Source: a virus. From it: a DNA stretch of 64,000 nucleotides. The notes beneath the pieces are model-generated. The model was given only the letters and a program-made list of their open reading frames with translations. It ran no database searches and had not been told where the DNA came from. The DNA is taken from positions 1 to 64,000 of the IMG/VR virus record IMGVR_UViG_3300048837_000975. One strand, written 5' to 3'. This document shows positions 57,543 to 64,000 of this stretch, one piece after another. Numbering within the stretch: position 1 is the first letter of the stretch; every line of letters starts with the position of its first letter. The position numbers and the translations under genes were made by a program.

Positions 57543-58262
57543 GTGCCGACAATTCTAGGTAGAAATGACGATGAGGAGGTCACGCTAGATGGAGCCCTGG
57601 ACGGCTCCAGGGCTGGTCTCGATCGTCACAAGGTTTCAGACTCTATTTATCAACAAATGCAAGAGGAGCGGCTGGATTTCGGGCTCGCTCCCGACGGACT
57701 ACCGAGGCCAATCGTGAAATCAAACGGACTACCATTAGCTCCAGTACTTGATCCTAAAACTTTTGTTTGCATGGCGGACACGTCTGAATTCGTGATCCGA
57801 GATCGATGGGGCGAGGTGATTCTTCGCTTCACTCCGGATCAGGTTGAAAGGACCGAAGGGGGAGCTTACAGGGTCCTGCGCTCCGGTGTGGTCAAGCTAC
57901 TGCCGAGCCTCAACGACCGTGGTGCAGACATCGGAAACGACGATAAGTACCTCAAGGTAGAGCCGCTGCGTCCCCAGTGTCGCCACTACGCGCGTCAGAT
58001 GACCGACTTCGCGGACAACCCCGGCGCCCGCTTCGTGGAACGCGTGTGTACGGCTCGACGAGACTCCGGAGGAGAGTTCTTGTCCCTGCGAGATTCGTGC
58101 ATGTATGCTTGCGAACTTCGCACTCCGCGTCACTCAGTTTCAGAGAAAACCCTTGACGCCTTCGATGAGGAGAAGGTAAGGTTGGGTCGCGAGCGAGTTG
58201 AGGCAGAGGAACCTTTTGATGTTGATGCGGCTCTGACCGCTATCACCGAGGAGATCAAGTAA
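57543..58262 (+). CDS. hypothetical protein with Cys cluster
   Basis: 239-aa ORF. Confidence 0.65.
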   Translation: MPTILGRNDDEEVTLDGALDGSRAGLDRHKVSDSIYQQMQEERLDFGLAPDGLPRPIVKSNGLPLAPVLDPKTFVCMADTSEFVIRDRWGEVILRFTPDQVERTEGGAYRVLRSGVVKLLPSLNDRGADIGNDDKYLKVEPLRPQCRHYARQMTDFADNPGARFVERVCTARRDSGGEFLSLRDSCMYACELRTPRHSVSEKTLDAFDEEKVRLGRERVEAEEPFDVDAALTAITEEIK

Positions 58263-58828
58263 TGTCCGAAGTTGAGTCAAATCCGTATGAGGCGATTGCT
58301 GAAGATGCAAAGAAAAACCTTCAGCGCGTCAAGGTGCTTGTTTCGTCTCTGACGGACAAGGCAAAGAACGGCGACCAGGCGGCGCTTCAGGAGGTGGTAG
58401 CCACTCTGCTGAAGGAGCAACTCACGGTCTACTCACTTCTGACCGATGTTGCTGGTCTCACGAAGGATCTAGACGAGGGCCTCACTGGCGTTGAGGAGTC
58501 GATTGATGCCATTGCAGAAGCTGGCGACGAGGAAGACGAAGAAGACGGCGAAGAAACTGACGAGGAAGAAGGAGACGAGGAAATGGTCGACGATGAAACT
58601 GGTGAGTCGCAGCTTGAGCCCCATCACGCAGAACCTCTGAAGTATCTGATTCAGGCGTTCATCACGTCACTGAATGCTGCGCTTGCTCAGCCCGGACTCG
58701 ATCCTCAGCAGAAGTCTTCCGTGGAAGAGCTTGTTCGCCTATGCGATGAGCAGGTGAAGTTCATTGATAACATCACCCTCGTTGATGACGACGAGGAAGA
58801 GGGCGAAGAAGAAGACGAAGAGGACTGA
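58262..58828 (+). CDS. highly acidic hypothetical protein
   Basis: Long D/E tracts. Confidence 0.7.
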   Translation: MSEVESNPYEAIAEDAKKNLQRVKVLVSSLTDKAKNGDQAALQEVVATLLKEQLTVYSLLTDVAGLTKDLDEGLTGVEESIDAIAEAGDEEDEEDGEETDEEEGDEEMVDDETGESQLEPHHAEPLKYLIQAFITSLNAALAQPGLDPQQKSSVEELVRLCDEQVKFIDNITLVDDDEEEGEEEDEED

Positions 58829-58830
58829 AA

Positions 58831-61452
58831 GTGGCTTCCGCACTAACAGACCAGCCGGATGTCCATCCTATTGACGAGCCCGTTGAACAGGATGGCGTCC
58901 GGCTCCGCAAGTGGGAACGAAAGATCCGAAAGGACGGAGCCGCGATCGTGGAAATAGAAGACAAAACCGAAGAGGAAAAGCCGCAAAAGCGCGGTCGCGG
59001 CCGTCCGCGCAAGAATCCAGATCAGAAGGCTGCGAAGCCGTCTAAACCGGCAAAGAAGGCTACGAAGCCAGCAAAAAACGCGATCAAGAAGATCGTGAAA
59101 CAGCCGGAACCGGAACCGAGCGATGAAGAAGAGGTAGAGGAAGAAAGCGAAGACGAGGAAGAGGAGTTTGACGCAGATGAGCAAGCGGAAAAGCTGCTTG
59201 ATCTTGTCGACTCTGTAACAAGCGGAGTGTCGCTTGTCCCAGGTCTTTCTGACGCTCCGGTTCAGCGCCAATCTGTTCCCACCATCGGCGGCGACTTTCG
59301 TGTTCTGGACGAAGAGGAGGCTCCAGATCTTTCCGACGGAAAGCCAAAGACGCTCGAGGATCTTGTTGCTAAGTTCCCGATCGGGGACGGGCAGCACTTC
59401 ATTCGCGTAAACCGCCGCAAGCCGCAGTCGTGGCACGGATACTCGTGTCACGGAATTCAGCGACCAATGCGAGATCCGCTATCCTACGAGCAATTCGTAG
59501 AGGAATACGGAGGCGGTGAGTACGCTCTTACGGTCATGGGTCCGCCTCGAAAAGGCGGAATCTACGATCCGTCCACCGGAAAGCTGCGTCCCAAGACGCT
59601 TACCGGCGAGATTGTCTTCACTGTCCCTTGGGATAGCGCCGGGTATGGCGGATACGCGCCGAATCCGGAATCTGCTTTGGTTGACGTAGAAACAGAAGAG
59701 GATACCGAAATGCGATTTTCAGGCGCACCTGCTGCGCGCGGGCCAGTGACGCCTGCTACCGCGGCTATGTTCAAGACACAGGTAGAAGCAGACGAGCGCC
59801 GCGAGGAGCGCCAAGAGCGTAGGGAGCGCGAGCGTAGCGCTGCCGAGGCTGCCGCAGTCTCTCCGGCGATCGAATCGCTTCGGGAGATGGGAAAGACAGC
59901 GATCGACGTTGCTCAGTCTCAGGCTGAACAGACCCGTCGAGAGGCTCAAGAGTCGATTCGGCGCGCACAAGAGCGCCAGGAAAAGCTAGAGGAACAGCTG
60001 CGCGAGACTCAGCGTGAATCTCGCGAACGTGAAGAAAGGCTTCGGGAGGAGATGCTAGGCAACAACAAGCTCGATTTTGGCGGTTTGGCATCCCTGATGG
60101 CGTCTATGCGCCCGAAGGAAGACAACACCGCAGTCCTGGCAGCGCTCGAATCTGCTCGCGCAGACGTTCAGCGCGTTCAAGATGCCGCACAACGCGAAAT
60201 GGACCGCGTTCTCCGTGCGCATACCGACGAGCGGCGCCTCTGGGACGATCGCGTCAAGGAGGAGCGAGAGCGAGCGGATCGACGACTTCGAGAGATCGAG
60301 GAGCTGGCTGACAAGCGCGTGGCCGAAGCCGAGCGCAGAGCCGAGCGCATGATCAAGGAGGTCCGAGAGGACGCAGATCGGCAGCTTCGCGCTACCGAGA
60401 CGATGTACAAGATTCAGCTCGACAACGCGGCGCAGAACCGCGATCGGGACCACCAGACTACGACCACGGCCTTCGAGTCTCGAATGCTGGCCGAGAAGGC
60501 TGCTCTTGAGGCACGAATCTCGATGCTCGAGATGGAAACGAAGCGCCAAACGAACGAGGCCGAGAAGTGGCGTCAAGAAGCCGAGAACAACAAGGATATT
60601 GTCAAGAAGATCCAGGAGTTTACCGGCGTTGCGGAGGCGCTTGGATTCCAGAAGGACGCTGGCGGATCTGGCGAGGACGATGACGACGAGGAGAAGCCGT
60701 TCAACTGGAGGGCGATTCTTGGTCAAGCGCTGATGCAGGGCGTTACCACTCTTCCTAGCATCATCTCGAATGCTGGAGAGGCAGCTGCCCGGCTGAAGGG
60801 CGCGCAATCGAGCCAGAGCCAGATGATGCAGCTCGCTCCTCCCTCCATGAGCCCCGCATCCCTCGCTTCGATGCCCACGATGCGAGCTATTCCCGGCGGA
60901 GACCTGCCCTTCGGAACCGAAGACGGCGGACCGATCGGAATGCCGTTCGATCATAGCATGGCGGTCCCGCTTCCTCCGCCTCCTCAGGTTCCGCGAGTCA
61001 GCCGACCGGTGCAGCACGTTCAGCAGATGGCACCCGCTCCGGTTCAGCAGACACAGGCGATCGTCCCGGTTCAGCAGTCTCAGGCGCCAATCCAGCAGGC
61101 AGCACCTGTGGCTCCTCAACCGTCACGAACGTCAAAACGACACCAGAAATCACAGCGAGCAAGTGAGCAGGTTCAGGAAGCCTCAGGTGGTGATGACATG
61201 ATCGGTGATGAGCAGATTCTCATGTTCCGTGGAGCCCTGGAAATGTCGATCTCTAACGGAGAAACTCCGGAACAGGTCGCCGAGGGACTGAAGAAGGAAT
61301 ACGGCCCGATGGTAGTCTCCATGGTCGCAGGATCCCTGACACCTGCCAGGGTGGCGAAGGCCGTCATGTCGGCTCCTGACGGTGCGTCAAGCGTGCTTGT
61401 TCAACCGGAAGGTCAAGCCTGGTTGACTAAGCTGCAGTCGCTTCTCTCCTGA
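58831..61452 (+). CDS. large protein with AT-hook, acidic tract, long coiled coil and Pro/Gln-rich tail
   Basis: KRGRGRPRK AT-hook; E/R-rich heptads. Confidence 0.75.
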   Translation: MASALTDQPDVHPIDEPVEQDGVRLRKWERKIRKDGAAIVEIEDKTEEEKPQKRGRGRPRKNPDQKAAKPSKPAKKATKPAKNAIKKIVKQPEPEPSDEEEVEEESEDEEEEFDADEQAEKLLDLVDSVTSGVSLVPGLSDAPVQRQSVPTIGGDFRVLDEEEAPDLSDGKPKTLEDLVAKFPIGDGQHFIRVNRRKPQSWHGYSCHGIQRPMRDPLSYEQFVEEYGGGEYALTVMGPPRKGGIYDPSTGKLRPKTLTGEIVFTVPWDSAGYGGYAPNPESALVDVETEEDTEMRFSGAPAARGPVTPATAAMFKTQVEADERREERQERRERERSAAEAAAVSPAIESLREMGKTAIDVAQSQAEQTRREAQESIRRAQERQEKLEEQLRETQRESREREERLREEMLGNNKLDFGGLASLMASMRPKEDNTAVLAALESARADVQRVQDAAQREMDRVLRAHTDERRLWDDRVKEERERADRRLREIEELADKRVAEAERRAERMIKEVREDADRQLRATETMYKIQLDNAAQNRDRDHQTTTTAFESRMLAEKAALEARISMLEMETKRQTNEAEKWRQEAENNKDIVKKIQEFTGVAEALGFQKDAGGSGEDDDDEEKPFNWRAILGQALMQGVTTLPSIISNAGEAAARLKGAQSSQSQMMQLAPPSMSPASLASMPTMRAIPGGDLPFGTEDGGPIGMPFDHSMAVPLPPPPQVPRVSRPVQHVQQMAPAPVQQTQAIVPVQQSQAPIQQAAPVAPQPSRTSKRHQKSQRASEQVQEASGGDDMIGDEQILMFRGALEMSISNGETPEQVAEGLKKEYGPMVVSMVAGSLTPARVAKAVMSAPDGASSVLVQPEGQAWLTKLQSLLS

Positions 61453-61559
61453 TACAAATTGTCTGCACATAGACAAGAAGTGTAGGCAGTTTGTAACAAT
61501 CGCCCGGCGCCTCTAAAAAGGGGTTGCCGGGCGAACCTGTTTGAGGTAGACCGTTGGGT

Positions 61560-62102
61560 ATGAAGAGACTGCTGATCCTGCTCCTGGCTTTGTTCGCATG
61601 TACGCCTCAGACTCCTCCGTCGGTTCCCAATACGGAGCCGCCGAGCTTCCCCAGTGTGGCTGTGCGCGCCAGCAACGGGCAAGGTTTCTGTGGAGGTGTC
61701 TGGATCGCCAACGACCGGATTCTGACCGCCGCGCATTGCGCGAATGACCATATGTTAGCTGTGTATGAGAAGCAGCAGATTCTGGGTCGTGAGGTCTGGC
61801 GTGACGATATGTTTCTGGACCTGGCGGAGTACGCCACGGACAAGGCTAGCAGCCACTACGCGAAGGTTGGTGACGTTCCGAGTGTAGACAACAAGCTCAC
61901 GATCGTGATGGCGGACGGCGGAAGAATCGTCACATGGGTTGTCGGAATCGACTTGACCTGGAAGACTGCTCAGCTAAAGTGGATAGCACCGCGAGGCGCA
62001 AGCGGAAGCCCTGCATTCCACGAAGACGGAACTCTTGCTTGCATAATCACTAAGCAGCTGCCCAATAGGGGGTCGCTGTGTGACTTGTACCAGTTGAGGT
62101 AA
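61560..62102 (+). CDS. trypsin-like serine protease lipoprotein (paralog of 46262..46813)
   Basis: Lipobox LFAC, LTAAHC, DLA, GASGSP. Confidence 0.8.
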   Translation: MKRLLILLLALFACTPQTPPSVPNTEPPSFPSVAVRASNGQGFCGGVWIANDRILTAAHCANDHMLAVYEKQQILGREVWRDDMFLDLAEYATDKASSHYAKVGDVPSVDNKLTIVMADGGRIVTWVVGIDLTWKTAQLKWIAPRGASGSPAFHEDGTLACIITKQLPNRGSLCDLYQLR

Positions 62103-62105
62103 CCT

Positions 62106-62366
62106 ATGCTAGATATTCGAGTCGAGTGTCCAGAATGTTTTCAGAGCTTCGATGTTATCGAAGAGGACCCTGACAACGCGACATATGTTAACGAGTTCCT
62201 TCAGTCCGAAAGAGGTACTGGTTGCGCTCGAGAAATCGAGCAGGAGTTTCGAGATCTTGCGGAGCTTGCGTACGCTCAAGATCCGAAGCATACAGAGTAC
62301 CTGCTGACAAAACTCGGACTGCGAAAGATTCTGCGGTCTGTTGAGTTTATGTCGAGGAACCGATGA
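62106..62366 (+). CDS. small Zn-ribbon hypothetical protein
   Basis: CPEC motif, GAGG SD. Confidence 0.55.
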   Translation: MLDIRVECPECFQSFDVIEEDPDNATYVNEFLQSERGTGCAREIEQEFRDLAELAYAQDPKHTEYLLTKLGLRKILRSVEFMSRNR

Positions 62367-62526
62367 AGGAACAATGGGCTGTAGCTGTCGACATCATGTG
62401 TGTTCCTGCCTCAATGAAGCTAGCAAGCACGAACCTGGATAGCGGCAACTACGTTTTTGCATTCTTGCTTGTTGCGCTTTGCGTTTGGACATCGTATAGA
62501 TTGGCTGGACTCATCATTAAGTAAAC

Positions 62527-63732
62527 GTGCCGTTCATCAAGAAAAAACTAGGCGTCAACGTGCTCGAGGCGGCTAAGTCTCGGATCTCTGAAGTCTTCGA
62601 CAACTTCGAGCACATCTACGTGTCGTTCAGCGGAGGCAAGGACAGCAGCGTCATGCTGCACCTTGTTATGGCCGAAGCAAAGAAGCGCAACCGCAAGATC
62701 GGTGTGCTGTTCGTCGATCTGGAGGCGCAGTACGCTCTGACCATTGAGCACATTCGCGAGTGCTACGACGAGTACGCAGCCAACATCGATCCGTACTGGG
62801 TTGCGCTTCCGATCGCCCTCAGGAACGCTGTCAGCAACTACCAGCCACAGTGGTTGTGCTGGGATCCTGACGCCAAGGACATGTGGGTGCGCGAACGCGA
62901 TCCGATGTCGATTGCGGACGAGAGCTTCTTCCCGTTCTTCGAGCGCGGAATGGAGTTCGAGGACTTCATCGAGGTATTTGGTGAGTGGTACGGCAAAGGC
63001 GAGCCAACGGCGTGTTTCGTCGGCATCCGATGCGATGAGAGCCTGAACCGGTGGCGCACACTGACCGGTGACAAGGCAATGTGGGGCGGCCGGAAGTGGA
63101 GTACCCAGGTCACGGAAAATGTGACGAACATATATCCAATCTACGATTGGAAAACTGCTGACCTGTGGGTTTTTTCCAGCAAAACCGGACTAAAGTACAA
63201 CAAGCTGTACGACCGGATGCACCAGGCCGGTTTGACCATACATGCGATGCGGATCTGCCAGCCGTACGGAGACGACCAGCGGAAGGGTCTCTGGCTGTAC
63301 CAGGTGATTGAGCCTCAGACGTGGGGAAAGGTAGTAGCGCGTGTCAACGGTGCAAACTTTGGGAGTCTTTACGCCCAGGAGTCCGGCAACGTCCTGGGGC
63401 GCCTCAAGATCGCGAAACCGAATGGGCACACCTGGAAAAGCTTCGCGAAGCTGCTATTGGATACCTTGCCGCCTGCGGCACGAGAACACTACACAAACAA
63501 GATTATAGTGTTCCTGAAGTGGTACTCTGAACGCGGGTATCCAGATGACATTCCAGACGACGGGCCGGTCAACACAAGGGATACACCGAGCTGGGCAAGG
63601 GTGTGCAAGATGCTGCTCAAGAATGATTATTGGGGAAAAACGCTCGGTTTCAGTCAGCACAAGACTGGCGCCTACCAGAAGTATCTCGAGTTGATGCGCC
63701 GTCGCAAGGAAGCCTGGGGAATCAAAGTATGA
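62527..63732 (+). CDS. PAPS-reductase/PP-loop family protein (IbrA/YbdN-like, DUF3440)
   Basis: VSFSGGKDS, GIR.DES.NR, PIYDW...D.W, MRICQPYG, W.R.CK..LKND. Confidence 0.9.
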   Translation: MPFIKKKLGVNVLEAAKSRISEVFDNFEHIYVSFSGGKDSSVMLHLVMAEAKKRNRKIGVLFVDLEAQYALTIEHIRECYDEYAANIDPYWVALPIALRNAVSNYQPQWLCWDPDAKDMWVRERDPMSIADESFFPFFERGMEFEDFIEVFGEWYGKGEPTACFVGIRCDESLNRWRTLTGDKAMWGGRKWSTQVTENVTNIYPIYDWKTADLWVFSSKTGLKYNKLYDRMHQAGLTIHAMRICQPYGDDQRKGLWLYQVIEPQTWGKVVARVNGANFGSLYAQESGNVLGRLKIAKPNGHTWKSFAKLLLDTLPPAAREHYTNKIIVFLKWYSERGYPDDIPDDGPVNTRDTPSWARVCKMLLKNDYWGKTLGFSQHKTGAYQKYLELMRRRKEAWGIKV

Positions 63733-64000
63733 ATGGGCTAATCGAAAAACTGGTTGCCGAGCTTGGTGCGCTGGACCTGGACGCGCGTGTTGAGGCGCTG
63801 AACAAGATTCGTGAGGCGCTTCACGATGTGAGCCCGTTCAAGGAGGAACCGGTCGACTTCGTTCGATGGGTTAAGTCCGATACAGTTTCCGCGAACGCGT
63901 GGAATCCAAATCACGTCGCTCCGCCTGAGATGAAGCTGTTGGAGCTGTCGATTGTCGCTGATGGGTACACTCAACCAGTGGTAGGGTACGCCATTGAATC
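63729..64000 (+). CDS. ParB-like protein (IbrB/YbdM-like), truncated at window end
   Basis: SPF..EPVD.V.WV....V.AN.WNPN.VAPPEM.LL..SI..DGYTQP; ATGA overlap with upstream gene. Confidence 0.9.
   Translation, partial: MNGLIEKLVAELGALDLDARVEALNKIREALHDVSPFKEEPVDFVRWVKSDTVSANAWNPNHVAPPEMKLLELSIVADGYTQPVVGYAIE

Noticed and set aside
60055-61119. 354-aa minus-strand ORF and similar long antisense ORFs elsewhere
   Set aside because: Shadow frames of well-supported genes on the opposite strand

Overview
This window looks like part of a large bacteriophage genome, possibly from a myxobacterial or other GC-rich Gram-negative host (inference). No terminase, portal, recognisable major capsid or DNA polymerase gene is visible. 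Bases 1-44.2 kb are almost entirely on the minus strand. They hold an early-type operon of small genes, a block of putative host-takeover multidomain enzymes (ART-like, GNAT, zincin, ArdA-like, GHKL ATPase, two kinases), lysis and virion spike genes, and a recombination/replication module (VRR-NUC, RecT, DnaN, YqaJ). From 45.1 kb genes are on the plus strand: a DnaC-like protein, stand-alone TnpB, SSB, DnaB, peptidases and an IbrA/IbrB-like pair. The most striking feature is at 69-1163, where three intact type II hammerhead ribozymes punctuate the small-gene operon. Each starts on the TAG stop of the upstream gene and ends just before the next Shine-Dalgarno. All share an invariant GGAC/GUCC stem II, so excised gene-containing fragments could re-form a ribozyme and circularise. 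Upstream lie a tRNA-like minihelix, two boxA-like motifs, a structured leader, a sigma54-type promoter and a symmetric, helically phased repeat array. Other notable items are a ~400-nt nested-stem ncRNA candidate at the strand switch, a recurring hydrophobic-x-x-N-[PGK] motif at domain junctions of the effector proteins, a shared N-terminal anchor module in three virion proteins, and widespread leaderless promoter architecture. All family calls are from motif recognition by eye, not database searches.
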